DNA of 63,510 nt, the filler included, from Asterionella formosa (taxonomy: Eukaryota): the NCBI GenBank assembly GCA_002256025.1. It is 29 parts of 29 records of this genome, joined end to end, with 100 filler letters (N's around TTAATTAATTAA, not from the genome) between each part and the next. Parts side by side here need not be neighbours in the genome. Positions count along the whole stretch, not along the records: positions 24,177 to 26,271 come from NKIB01000443.1; positions 26,372 to 28,466 come from NKIB01000444.1; positions 28,567 to 30,649 come from NKIB01000446.1; positions 30,750 to 32,844 come from NKIB01000447.1; positions 32,945 to 35,039 come from NKIB01000448.1; positions 35,140 to 37,234 come from NKIB01000449.1; 23 more parts are not named here. The stretch is one strand, 5' to 3'. Shown in pieces: positions 24,177-37,234 of this stretch. Position 1 is the first letter of the stretch; each line of letters begins with the position of its first letter. The notes under the pieces are model-generated. The model was not told the origin of the DNA and made no database searches. It saw only the letters and a program-made list of their open reading frames with translations. The translations under genes were made by a program, and so were the position numbers.

Positions 24177-26271
24177 TAGCTGAATGGGTACGATATGTCT
24201 GCCAGAGTAAGACAAGTTTCTGACCAAAATCTCATGTCCACACCAAGTGCACACTTCGTCGACATGAGTATACAATGTTGGCAGTTTACGTGTGAGAGTG
24301 CTCGTCCTCACCATATCAGAAATCAATTTTGAGTCCTTATCGTTGCAGTCGTCTTCCGAATCGTTGTATGCGTCGTTTGAATAGATAAATACTTCTTTTG
24401 AATCTAGCGATTCTTCCGAGTCGTCGTATGTTTCTTAGGCGCAGCATGAAAAGCGTAATGTCACAGAGGAATAAAAAGGGGAAGCAAAATAGGAATTTGA
24501 CTGGGAACGGGGACCTGTTGTTATGAAAACTGTTTGACACTTTTATTTTTATGTACCTGTTGTAAGTTCAAAAAAGTATGTTCTTCCAACGAATCCCTCC
24601 TGCTGATTTTGAATTTGGTGTTGGGTCTGGTTTATTTTGCTCAGACATGTTGTTCTCCGTTCATAAAGGACCCAATTGTGAACATTGCTTTTATGAATAT
24701 ATACCGGTAATGATAAACATACATTGATTTTTATTATATCAGAGTATCATTTTTGATGGAGTCGGCTGGGCGATGCTGGTACGAGGACGAACTGATATGT
24801 ACTGGTACCAGTTTCTTTACTTCACGATTCGGCTCGATCCTCACAAGAATCAAATTCCGTGCTGGTACATATGGGTTCCCTGATGAGGAAGGCGGACCGA
24901 TCATACCAGCTTACTACCGGTAAGTATGTCCCGGTAGGTACCTGTGAAAGTTGCGGTCATTTTGCTTAATTAAATAGACAATTTCATTTAGGATAAAGGA
25001 AGATAAATCTTTTGTTCAGGAAAATTGCCGCAACATGCAGGTACCAGGTAACCCTGGTGTAATGCATACCCGGTATTCCGCTGGGCGAACACAATTGCGG
25101 GTACCTGGTACTGTTTATAATGCGGTAGGATTAATGGTACCTGGTACCTGGTACCAGACACCGGTACATAGCTTTGTACCCTTGTTCTAAAGCTACACAG
25201 GTATACCTGACTGTCTGGTACCCAGAAAGAACTCAAAATTTTAAGGGTTCATTCCCGTAACAGTAATTGCAGTCGTGACGTGACGGAATATCAGCTGAAA
25301 TGAGTACTTTGTACCAGTAGTACCAGGTAGTATGTATTGTTATGTCGACATAGGCATTCAGTCAATCCATGTCCGTACGAACACAGTGTACTTTTGATAC
25401 AAACGGAATTGTAAGACAGCTGCTGGAGTGTACCTGGTACCGAAATACGGGTTTGTAACTACCGCAAGTCCTATAGGTACCTGGTACCTGGTACCAGCAG
25501 GACCGGTACCGGTATCTGGTACCGTAGATGAAATTCATTTATTGGGCGGAACGAAATTCTATCGTCCTCGGACTCCTTCGACTTCAGTACATACATGCTC
25601 GATTGTTTGCTGTTCGCTCTTCGAAGGGCTTCTACCTTACATACCCACCGTAGGAAATCTACGGGGAGACTAATTTTCTACACTTCGATCTTCGTCGCCG
25701 CTGCATCATTGCTTGCTTGTCGTTTCTCAACGTTCAGAAGTTGGACAGGCTGCACGATACTCGTCATTTCGTTCATTTTAAATTTTAAGCATCCATTCAA
25801 TACCATTACCATGAACCCTGAATAGTGAGTCCAACCATGGCGTGCATGAACACTGGTGTTGTCCCGCTGAGGGAGAAAGAGAATCGGTGAAAGACAGGAA
25901 CCCATGGAAGCTGTGAGAACGAGAATTCGCAGGCAGTCTCGTTGCGAATTATTTAGCAGTCATTCGCAAGCAATCAACTTGCTCCAGGGTGGTTCCAGGC
26001 CATGGCGAAGTGGCCTGGACAAGTGGCCTGCGATTCTATTCGTTAGGAATTAGCCCTGGCAAAGCAAAGATAAGGACGCTCTTTCCCCCGATAGCCCTGC
26101 AATGACAAGGACGTGTGTATGTCTTGGAACGAGGGGTCGTAAGATGCAATCATGAGGCATGCAAAGATTTCTGGTTTGCACGTTTCTAACATTGTTTTTC
26201 TCCTTTTCTTGTTCCTTCTCCCCAAAACAGCGATTACCTCTTCAAGCTTCTGCTTATCGGAGACTCTGGTG
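24177..26271. repeat. Whole-contig near-duplicate of 41706-43798 (probable allelic haplotig)
   Basis: Identical first and last bases, collinear throughout with scattered SNPs and indels. Confidence 0.9.
24941..25041. mobile_element. 101-bp CCTG...CAGG MITE, TA-flanked
   Basis: TA|CCTGTGAAAGTTGCGGTCATTTTG...GAAAATTGCCGCAACATGCAGG|TA; same family as 12582. Confidence 0.75.
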
Positions 26272-26471
26272 NNNNNNNNNNNNNNNNNNNNNNNNNNNNN
26301 NNNNNNNNNNNNNNNTTAATTAATTAANNNNNNNNNNNNNNNNNNNNNNNNNNNNNNNNNNNNNNNNNNNNTTACTTGAATATATCTATATATTATCTGA
26401 ATACATCACGTTAATTATTTGATCAGAGTATCATGCATGCATTCCTGATCATCACTATATTACGTGATCAC

Positions 26472-26586
26472 CTTCACATAATTATTTGAAATACTTCATA
26501 TAATTATTTGAAATACTTCACATAATTATTTGAAATACTTCACATAATTATATGAAATACTTCACATAATTATTTGAAATACTTCA
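26472..26586. repeat. 22-bp tandem repeat x5 (CTTCACATAATTATTTGAAATA)
   Basis: Read directly from sequence. Confidence 0.95.
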
Positions 26587-27147
26587 ATTAATTCTGTAAT
26601 TCAGTTCACATTGTCTTAAATTTTTGTTCACGTAATTCTATAATATGGTTCACGTAATTTATTAAATTTTTACGTATTTTAAAAGTACTATCAAATAATG
26701 TTGATTACTAATTCAACAACCGGTATTTCACATTACATGGGAAACAAATCTCGATATGCAATCAAACAAAGCTGTTCTATCAGAATGGAATCTTCAGTCT
26801 TGAGAAGGCAGGCATTATGAGACATCTGTAAGGACATTGCAAGACAAGGAGAAGCCATTCATTCAGAAGGGGGAAATTATTCACTCTTGAACAGGCATCA
26901 TTCTACGAAGTTGCAACATGAATGCATCCTCACACACTGATTTCCTTCTTGCAACTGATGCATAAGTCTGTAATAGTAACTTGTCAGTAAATTCTTGAAT
27001 AAGTAAGTTTCGGGTATCCAATGTTGTTGAATAAACTTACCGGTACATTTTTGTCATCTTAACTTTGAGAGAAGGTAAACGTTTTGTCAGCTTTGTTCCA
27101 ACAGAAGTGAATAGGTCCAACGAGCGACAAGAGCACTTACGCAATTT

Positions 27148-28370
27148 GGTTTGGTTTTGTTTTACATTGGTGCTCCCTAACAAGCGAAACGAGCTGTTTA
27201 ATCAACTGAGAAAAAAGGAAATGTGGCTGCGTTTAGTTAACAATTTGTTGTTGTGCTGCCTGTCTCCCAACGATTGTCATCCAAGTAGCTACCACATTGA
27301 TGGCTTCATTACCTTAAACATTCTCCATCCTTCGAAGGCGCAATGTGTCGAAGTCACAATGTTTTTCGTTATGTATTGCAAAAAATTTCTTTTCTTGTCA
27401 TGTGCTTTACTACGACGTATCTTTTCATGAAGCAGCAGGCATTGTTTGTTAACATGACAGAACGATTTGAAAAATATATTTGCCATGAATATACTAATAA
27501 AATTTGTAAATATATATATATATATTAAGTGTTATACATTTTATAAAATTCAAAGGCGCTCTCGATATAGAACATCTGATATGGTTGAGATGGCCATACT
27601 CGCATATACATAATTCGAAAATACTCAATGCACTATATGTCCATTGTTTTCCACGACTACGTGTACCGGTATTTTTTCTGAAATTTGTTTGCATCGATAT
27701 TTTCTACGTCCGTTGAAACTAATTATTTAGACCGTTCAAATGCCGCAAGGGTTTTGGTAGCAAATTGTTTAAGCCCCTTTTTTGGGCGGGAGCTCTTCAT
27801 GTGTACCGGTACATCATATGACAATAACAATGTATCATTTATACATACAGGGTACCAGCAGCAGGTAGTAAGTGATATACTGGCTGGGGGTAGCCGGAGT
27901 AGTGCCGGTAAACTAGCAACAGAACACCATATGTTCAGGACTGTTGCTACTGCAGTGGGACAGTAAATCATCATAGTTTTAGGATCGTATGATCGTAAAA
28001 TTATGATCCAAAAGAACACCATATGTTCATGACTGTTGCTGCTGCAGTGGGACAGTAAATCATCATAGTTTTAGGATCGTATGATCATAAAACTAAAAAC
28101 AAATAGAACACCATATGTTCATGACTGTTGCAATTACAGTGGGACAGTAAATCATCATAGTTTTAGGATTGTATGATCGTGAAACTGAAAAGCGGTACCG
28201 GTAGTCGGAGTAATAAGCAAGCAATAGAACACCATAGTAAGTCATCATAGTTTTAGGATTGTATAAATAGAACACCATATACATATGTCTATGACTGCTG
28301 CTACTACAGCGGGACAGTACCGGTAAATGAATTTAAGATCATCGAACTTTAAGGAAGACAACGACAACAG
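27148..28370 (+). repeat. Repeat family A, copy 2
   Basis: Collinear with 11243-12457; array units are shorter variants. Confidence 0.9.
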
Positions 28371-28586
28371 CTGGTCGTGTGGCCGTTGCTGGTCCACTTT
28401 TAATGGCCGAAGAAGGAAGCGACGAAAAGATCACCATTACGAGCGGAACGAGAGAAATCGCTTACGNNNNNNNNNNNNNNNNNNNNNNNNNNNNNNNNNN
28501 NNNNNNNNNNTTAATTAATTAANNNNNNNNNNNNNNNNNNNNNNNNNNNNNNNNNNNNNNNNNNNNATATATCGTCAGTATATAGG

Positions 28587-29520
28587 ATCTGGTCAGAAAC
28601 TGCAGAAAGGAACTTCGGTTTTTTAGCTATGCTAAAAAGACTCGAAATTTCGGGGGAAATCTGTTTATTTGGCATAGTAAAAAAACCGAAGTTCCTTTCT
28701 GCAGTTTCTCGCCAGAAGTTATAAACTGGTGCTATTTAAAAGTTACCTATGTATCTAAATCGCCGTCAGACCCAGCAAACGTTTAGCTATCGTCGTCCAA
28801 AAACTCGACAAAATCGGCCTTTTCTACGGTCGCCAAAATATCGGAATCAGAATTATTAAGTGCCGAAACGTCATCATTGGAAAGGCAGTCGTGTGCCGGA
28901 ATTTTTAGTCCTAAAATCTCCTGTCCGAAAAATTCCATTGTAAGTACCCGCTTCCACATACATAATATGATTGGTGAGCATGAAGTACATTCCTCTGTTT
29001 GATTGGCCTGGTTTGCGAGGTCGTGCAAACCCACGCTGGCCACATTGGATTAACATGTAACATTTTCTTGGGTGTACTGACAGTCCGGTTCTATATTCAC
29101 GACGGGTACCAGTAGATGATCATCATTGGACATACGCGTACCGCTCCTTGGGTGCACTTTCAAATATTTGCCAACCCGCCTGGTTGTATACATGACCCAT
29201 ATTCGTCGATAGGAGTATACATTGTAGTACTGGTGTATGCACATGAAGCGATGTAGAACCTAAATATATATATATTTATATATGTGTATATTAAACGATT
29301 TGAATATGTCGAACGGATTCAATGCATAGCATATACAATCGTTAATCGGAGTATAGAGTGTCCATGCATACCTGTTGATCGTATTTTTAGCATATATATA
29401 CATTCAGCGACTGAGAGTGTCAATATATATATTTAGCGATTTTGACAAGGAATCTATGTACGTATTCGCAAATTTCCACTGATTCAAATATTTCAAATGG
29501 AATCACGTCATTCAAAAATA
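28587..29520 (+). repeat. Repeat family B, copy 2
   Basis: Same inverted repeat and body as 15395; right half near-identical to 63510-63075. Confidence 0.85.
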
Positions 29521-29846
29521 GCGAATTAAATTCTTCCTTAATCAAAATATACAAGGAGTACTGTCACATGCACACGTATTAGACATGTCTTTGTTCCAAA
29601 GTACTACCTGGTACCAGGTACTCTGGTACGGTAGACTACGTGGTACTGTTGAGTTGCAGATCATTTTTACCAGACGCTTCGAAATTTACGTATGTAGGTC
29701 AGATATGAACAGGCTACATACAATATATATATTCGACACACGAGTGTACCGGTACTACAGGACGGAATCCAGAATCCGTTGGTCTGGCCATACTTGATGT
29801 CGAAATCAACAGAAAGACATCATAAATCATATTTATTTTATTTTAT

Positions 29847-30520
29847 GGAAAAAGATATTTCGTCCCCCTATTTCGATATTTCGTCCCCCTCTTTTTATAA
29901 ACCCTTAAACCCTAGCCTACATAGCCTTCATATAAACCACCAATTAATTTTTCTAGTACACAAAAATCATTTGGCTTGATGACACTGCCATGACGGCTGC
30001 TACTCATACTACACATGCACATCATTGTGTTCAAATTGACTCTGATGGCCTCAACTAACGCAGTCAGAGCCTATTGAGGACAATACAGAGGAGGGACTGG
30101 ACGGCCCTGTACAGGCGTTCTACGGCGCTGTAATTCGAAGATACAGAACGCATTTGTGCACTTGAATGATCACCCCTCGACCCTCAGTCTACATGATGTC
30201 AAGGCGAGATGATTGTGGAGTTCATCATCTTTGCTGGCTTCCATTAAAAGATCAACAGAGGGAAAGCGACGTTACCTCCCAACGATGTTATGTCAACTCA
30301 AGGTGAATCTTTGGGAAGCAAATGCAACAAATGGAATCATCAATGGATCTGATGCTGCTCAGCTCGCAGTTCATTTGGAACAATTTTTGTAGTGTGATAT
30401 ACAGGAATATAGAGTGTATAAACTGCAATTGTTGAAAGCACAAAATCGGTTGGACGAACATGAACTGAAATCAGCAAAGCGCAACCTTAATGACTCTCTA
30501 AGTCAAATGATGAAGAACCG
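29847..30520 (+). repeat. Repeat family D with doubled GATATTTCGTCCCCCT motif and decayed ORF
   Basis: Homologous to 62290-62824 on minus; LHDVKAR..STEGKRRY.PTMLCQL.VNLWE..RLDEHEL.SAKRNLND in both. Confidence 0.85.
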
Positions 30521-30749
30521 ACGACCAGAAAAATTGCACAGATTGTGGATGCTTTGGAAAATGAAAGTGAAGATGGAACAGAAAGCAACAGCGAAAATGA
30601 GAATGACAGAAAACCTGATTATGACAATAATTTGAACAAGTCATTAGAANNNNNNNNNNNNNNNNNNNNNNNNNNNNNNNNNNNNNNNNNNNNTTAATTA
30701 ATTAANNNNNNNNNNNNNNNNNNNNNNNNNNNNNNNNNNNNNNNNNNNN

Positions 30750-32844
30750 TCGATTTCTGGGAATTGTGCTTCCAGTGTAGAGATCAGCTGGGCAAAGGGA
30801 ATGATTATTTGGGGTATGATTATAAAGGTGCACCGCGTAAGTAACTGCCATAGGCCAAAGTGTGCTGGCAATCCCTCCTTTCCAATGACTGGAAGCATGG
30901 AGAATCATTGAGCGTGCCATGTCAGATACTGTTCTAATAGCCCGTTCTGCTACACCATTTTGATAGTGTGCATTTGTTCCACAGTATTGAAGACGCTGAG
31001 TATGTTCTCGAATATGTTTAACAAGAGAGTTTGCTTTGAATGCTCCACTGTCAGTGAGATAGGATTGTATAATGACACCATTGTCCATTGCCTTTTGCTC
31101 ATAGTTTTGTTTTGCTCTGATGGTTTCAACAGCAGAGAATTCCAATTGGTGCTCCACTTGAATGTATCCGGTGCCATGATCCACAAATATGCAGCCCCCT
31201 TTGTAGGTGTCTGCTGATGGTTTTCCATAGGAGTCAAAGGTGCGTCCTAGAAGGCGAGATTCAAAGTGACCAACGGAAACTCTAACACCAGGTCCAAGAT
31301 GTTCAGCTGTCAGTGCACCAGTTCGTTCAGGATTTGCAGTGATTGTGGAAGAATTTGTTGAACAACGGTGTCCTTTAGAGTATTGACAGATTTCGCATTT
31401 TCGGTCCAATGCATTGCATTTGGATGCTGAGGCAAATCGATTGGCGGTGAATGGGAATGCACGCAGTATTCGTTGAACTGCTGGTAAGTTTAAGTGTCCG
31501 AAGCGAAAATGCCAATTTAAAAGAAGTTTTTGACCAGCACTATTGTTTTGATTTCCCTCGTTGGTTAGGGCAAAGTTCATCTGCGGTAACATTCCCGATA
31601 CAATCCTGGCTTGTCCAATTGGGAGGTGATATCTGGGGTCATACTCAACAATCAGACAAGGACACCCATCGAATTGAAGCCTGAATGATTCTTCATCACC
31701 CTTGTTGTACCATCCACTTACTCCTTTTTCTTTATTGAACAGACGTTGTGGACTAATCAGTCTCATTTTAGATTGAGGGACATAGTAGCATTAGCTGCGA
31801 ATCTGCACTTCTGTGCCATCTTTGTTGCTGAATGTCCATGTAACTGGTCCAACTCCCTCTAATTTTAATCCGTTGGCCATACACCCAAGTCGAAGTTCAT
31901 AGTCTGGAATGGTAAGTGGCCCATCAAAGTCTTGTATGTCATGTGTAACTCCCAATGATGCTCCTGTATCGAAGATTACTGCTGACGTTGTGTTTGCCAT
32001 TGTGAACAAAGAGTATGGGTCATGTGCTAAGATATCGATATCGGTAAGAACATCCATCACTTGGGTCGTTGAGTGGTTGCATGTTGGTTCCTCCTTAGTA
32101 TTTGTTAATACAGTTGCATTCGAGTCATGTATGCAGTCAACACAGTGGCGGGTAGCACAGAGGTCATGAAAGTGAAATGGATCATATGGTGTCTGAGGTG
32201 TTGACGCATTCACAGATGTGGATTCAAGAACACATGGGTTGAGATCATTGTGAATACTTTCCCATTTTATTTGGTTGAAGTTTCAAAGAGCTGTCCAATC
32301 CAGGTCAATCATCGTTTCAAGTTTTGTGATTCTGTCATACGTAGCAGCCGATTGAGTGTTGAAAAGATCCTTGACAGTGTGGAAGGTTGGAAGGTTCTTG
32401 TGACCATAAAATATCCCAGGCAAAAGTAGAATGGAATGAGTCAATATCATCCATGATGCTGGTGCAAAAATGAAAGGTATAGGAACATTCTTCTGTTTGC
32501 ATCGTTGCAGTGTGCGAGCAGGAGTATCAGATGGGGAAGAAAGGATAAAGTATGCTACTGTATCCCAGAATATCGCACTAAACCAAAATAGGATTTTCAT
32601 GATAAGGTATGTTGTGCTCTGGATCGAGTCACTTGGCAGTTTCAGGTCCTCCCCAGCAATTTCATTGTTTTTGCACTCCAGATTTGCATGTGTCTCACAA
32701 GCATTGTTATTTTTATTGGTCTTCTCCCTCTCAATGACAGAAGTGTGCACGTTTGTTTCGCTCTTTCTGAAGGTACTTGGAGTAGGAGTGTATCCGCAAA
32801 CCTACACATCGACATCAATTGGATAGATAACAGGAGCACACCAT
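30750..32844 (-). mobile_element. Defective CoDi-like Copia: spacer, protease, pre-integrase, integrase
   Basis: VIFDTGASLGVT, LISPQRL, LLLNWHFRFGH, CEICQYSK, VSVGHFES (expected Asp is Gly), LTDSGAF, QNGVAERAIR; in-frame stops. Confidence 0.92.
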
Positions 32845-32944
32845 NNNNNNNNNNNNNNNNNNNNNNNNNNNNNNNNNNNNNNNNNNNNTTAATTAATTAA
32901 NNNNNNNNNNNNNNNNNNNNNNNNNNNNNNNNNNNNNNNNNNNN

Positions 32945-33790
32945 ACCCCTTATCGCTCTGGCCTGGTCTATGACCGCATTGTGCCTGATGGTGCTGAACT
33001 TTCCCCCAAAGCTCGCGCGGCCATTATTACACAATACCAGTCACTCATTGGGGCTCTCAATTGGCTGGCTGTCAGCACACGTCCTGATGTCTCTGTGGCC
33101 CTCACTCTCCTGGCTCAGCACAACTCCTATGCCACCCCTGCTCACCTTTTAGGTGCCAAGTATGTGTTACGATACCTGGCTGGCTCTGCCGATCATGGCA
33201 TTGCCTTTACCTCGCAATTTGCTTCCTCATACCTCTCCACCACCTTTGGCTGGCCCAAGGACACTCCCACTCTCACCACTTACACCGATGCCAACTGGGG
33301 CCCCCAAGATGCTTCCAAACCCAACCCCACCGACATCATCTCTCTTGCCGAGTGTTGCTCCCTTCTTGGTTCCATCAGTACACGTACAGGTGGCCCCATT
33401 GCCTGGCATGTCATTCGTGAACCTCGTGTGAGCCGCAGTACCTGCGAATCTGAAATCAAATCTGCAGATGAGGGCACCAAGGTTACCCAATTCATCCGCC
33501 ATATCCTTAGTGACCTCCACATGCCTGATGTAACTCTCCCCACCCCTCTTTGGAATGACAACCGAGGTGCTGTGGACTGGTCCCACAACTGTGCTAACAA
33601 AAAGATGCGGCATATTAATATCCGCAACATGGCTGTGCGCGACGCTCACCGTTTTTCCGAAATCTTTGTCACCCACCTCCCAGGGGATACCAATGTTGCT
33701 GATCTGTTCACCAAAGAACATAAAGATGATGCCCATTTTCTCCGCCTCCGCAATATTATTGTCCCGTCTCATGGGAATTTTCTCACTTGA
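32945..33790 (+). mobile_element. Copia RT end and RNase H
   Basis: YQSLIGALNWLAVSTRPDV, YTDANWGPQDAS, SRSTCESEI, NDNRGAVDW, MRHINIR, NVADLFTKE. Confidence 0.95.
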
Positions 33791-33796
33791 GGGGGG

Positions 33797-33967
33797 TGTT
33801 GGTACCATATACCGGTTACTCCGTATATCCTACCAAGATTCCTGTAAGTGCTTAATTCCCGTGAGTACTGGTCCCTCTACAGATAGTTAAATACTACTTT
33901 AGAATCTCAGTTCCTTGTTAATGTAGCTGCCGCTGGCATCCGTTGCAAGCGTTTCTCCCTCTCAACA
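33797..33967 (+). repeat. Short 3' LTR (~171 bp)
   Basis: PPT GAGGGGGG, then TGTTGG...TCAACA. Confidence 0.75.
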
Positions 33968-33972
33968 CACAC

Positions 33973-35039
33973 AACTCTATCCTCCATATTGGATAGGTAA
34001 CCAATGACTCTTGCCACTGCATGCCATTGTTCTTCACCTGGGCAACTTAAATGAGCCGATAGTTCCCGAACCGCATTCGCACAGTCCGGCGAATCCTTCT
34101 TTGTAGACCATAGTAACTTGCCCACAATTTTTCGATATTCTCCTTCCATAATGACTTCACCGTCATTCTTGTTCAATGTCTTTCCTGGTACACCCGGCGT
34201 TGCGTACGACTTAATTATCATACCGGTCAACTTCTCGTATTCGCGTAGAAGTTGCATACGAAATTTCTGCATTTGCACCTCCCAGTATTCACCATACTTG
34301 TCCTCTTTCCAAGCATATTCCACTCCTAGGTGTTTCTGTAGAATACCCTGCTCGGTAATATTGAAATCTTCCTTGATAACATTTTTCATATACTCCACTG
34401 CACTTGGAGTCCCACATACAATACCGTCATCCACGTAATTAACAAGTAGACCATCAATTTGTCCATCCTTGTTCCGGTGCATAAATAACATAGGGTCGAT
34501 CTTGCTCTTCGTCATACCTGGTTTATTGGTGACACATTTCGCAAACGTCCTGGACCAGCATCGTGGAGCTTGTACTATCCCGTACATAGCCTTCACAAGC
34601 TTGCAAACATGTGTATCGGAATCGACTCCGATCAAACCTTGAGGGGGCTCAATATAAATGTCCTCATCGACGTCAGCATTTAGAAATGCTGCTTCCACAT
34701 CAATAGCCTCCGCTCGCCAACCGTTGTACATCGTCACTGCGAGTACCGTTTTGATTGTCGCATCGCTTGCAACTGGAGCAAATGTCTCAGTAAAATCGAC
34801 ACCTGGGATTTGCTCATATCCCTTCACGACCAATCTTGCCTTGTAAATGGTCTTCCCGGTTAACACATCTTCTTTAATTCGAAACACCCATCTCGTTTTT
34901 AGTGTTCGCTTCTTAACAGTATCACGTTTGATAACTTTCCACACTCCTCTCGACTGGAAGTTTTCATATTCTTTGTTGATCGCCTTGATCCACTCTTTCT
35001 TGTCTGGTCTTGCCATTGCTTCATCGTAGCTTGTTGGTA
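33973..35039 (-). mobile_element. Copia RT, same family as 3419-4301, interrupted at 33973
   Basis: YKARLVVKGYEQIPGVDF, DVEAAFLN, KAMYG, YVDDG; 33973-34215 matches 4058-4301. Confidence 0.95.
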
Positions 35040-35589
35040 NNNNNNNNNNNNNNNNNNNNNNNNNNNNNNNNNNNNNNNNNNNNTTAATTAATTAANNNNN
35101 NNNNNNNNNNNNNNNNNNNNNNNNNNNNNNNNNNNNNNNACGGTTGTACACATCACATGAAGAACTCACACTTACCGGTAAAAAAGCTCCCTCTTCCCAG
35201 TTTTCATGTTATGTAGGTTATTACCGGTACTAGGTAAATGTACTACTAGCCAGTGGTAGGCAACCCGTTCATAATCATTCAATTAAGAGTTTACAGGAGA
35301 GAAGAAACCATTCGAACTCGTAATGTTTCCGCACACAGCGCACAAAGTATATCCGTTTCGTCCACTTCAGCATGACAATCTCGCCAATCAACCCGTAAAC
35401 AAACACATTCTACTTGTTCTCCTTGACATTTTCAATTCTCACATGATACTACATCTACTATTGAGATTCAGCATAGAAGGAGATACGAAAATGTGCGTAA
35501 CAGACTACTGTCCACATAGCTATAGTTATAGAATGATTCTGATTAGAACGCATTTCATTTTCATATCGCTCGCTCGTTTCTGCATTTGG

Positions 35590-36012
35590 CATACTGTACT
35601 TGAATTAACTATTGAACTTGTCCGCATCTTTGATACCATTAACAGAGCGAAAGCAAGTGGCTCTTTTCATTGTTGTTTGCTCGTAGGAAGAATTTGATAT
35701 CTGTATCGTCATTTGCTTGTTGGAATGGTCCGTTGCCTCAAACTTGCTTGCCGTGTGCGTGCACACACTGTCGACTGGTTTTCAATGGTATGTTGTTCTT
35801 GTATTCACTGTTGAACTTGTCCGCATCTTTGTTACCATCAATAGAGCGACACGTGGCTCTCTTCATTGTTGTCTGCTCCTGGAAAAGTGGGTGTCCATGC
35901 CATCATCAATAGAGGGACAAGTGTCCTTCATCATTGTGGTTTGCCACTGGAAAAATTGGTACTCATGGTATCGTCATTCGCTCGTTGGAACCACTGTCCG
36001 TTGCCTCAAACC
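35590..36012. repeat. Imperfect local duplications; a second pair lies at ~36273-36495
   Basis: TTGAACTTGTCCGCATCTTTG, TCATTGTTGT.TGCTC and GTCCGTTGCCTCAAAC each occur twice. Confidence 0.7.
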
Positions 36013-36015
36013 TGA

Positions 36016-36147
36016 TTAGCGGTAGGACTGAAGCGCGTCCAGAAAGATACGCTGCTTTTCGGCTACTGTGAGACGAGTGAGTTCCCCACTTTCCGGATCG
36101 ACGACACAGTATTCCTTGTCAGGACTACTTTTGTTTTTGCTTGATTC
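36016..36147 (-). pseudogene. Isolated exon fragment resembling PGRL1-like plastid protein
   Basis: EYCVVDPESGELTRLTVAEKQRIFLDALQSY then R*; preceded by a pyrimidine tract and TAG acceptor. Confidence 0.6.
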
Positions 36148-36934
36148 CTATGGGGAAAGATGGAAGTAAGAATTTTTGTTTACTCATAAATAGTTACTAA
36201 CAAAATGGTTATTTGTTTTTAATCAAGTACAGCCATTTGCAAATAACCGGACGCTGGTGTCGTTTCTTTTGCTCCATCGACCGAGTCGGACAGAAGTGTC
36301 ATGTTTATGACAAGTCTCTTCGTTCCAACCACTCCTCATATTCAAAACCGTTTGATTCGACGTTGAGGCAAGTTTTGTTGCGCAGGAAGTCACAAATAGG
36401 CGGGAGACATCCATCGACCAAGTCAGACAGAAGTGTCAGGTCAGTTCTTGTCACATCTCTTCGTTCCAACTCCTCTTATTCGAAACCGTTTGATACAGCG
36501 GGATACAACCTTCCTCGCTGTTTCCCAAGTCCAATGGTACCACCAGAATGCAGCGAAGTTTTTTTCCCATTCATGATCCTTGGGACTTCGTCATGTTGTG
36601 GCGTTTTACCCCTGCTCCATAACCACAGCCACCCTGTTGCGGGCCGTTGCAACGCACGATAATGGGTGATGTACCAAATTTTTCCGGTATACCGGTAATA
36701 GAGGGGGGCGGGGGGCAGCGCTTTGACTTTCACAGCCTCTCTACAGAGCTGCGACAGAAAATAATAGGGAAAAACATAGTACCACCATAACCGTAGGTGC
36801 TACTTAAAGGTGCCGATAAAAGATATAGACGTACTACCTGGTACCAGTAGTAACTCGTCTGCCTGGCTCATTATCACGCCAGTTAAATTCATAAAAGCAA
36901 TATTATGATAACTACCGGGTAGGTATGCCAGAAC

Positions 36935-37234
36935 ATATGGTGTTCTGTTGCTCGCTTATTACTCCGACTATTGGTTTTTTGTTTTACGATCATACAATCC
37001 TAGAGCTATGATGATTTACTGTCCCACGGTAGTAGCAACAGTCCTGAATATATGGTGTTCTATTGGTTTTTAGTTTTACGATCATACGATCCTAAAATTA
37101 TGATGATTTACTGTCCCGCTGCAATAGCAGCAGTCATAGACATTTCGTGTTCTATTGGTTTTTAGTTTTACGATCATACGATCCTAAAACTATGATGATT
37201 TACTGTCCCACTGCAGTAGCAACAGTCCTGAACA
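36935..37234 (-). repeat. Family A tandem array, copy 3
   Basis: Reverse complement of the GGGACAGTAAATCATCATAGTTTTAGGATCGTATGATCGTAAAAC units. Confidence 0.9.

Noticed and set aside
33227..33808. Antisense or overlapping ORFs on retroelement and BMS1 genes
   Set aside because: Shadow ORFs of real coding strands with no independent motifs
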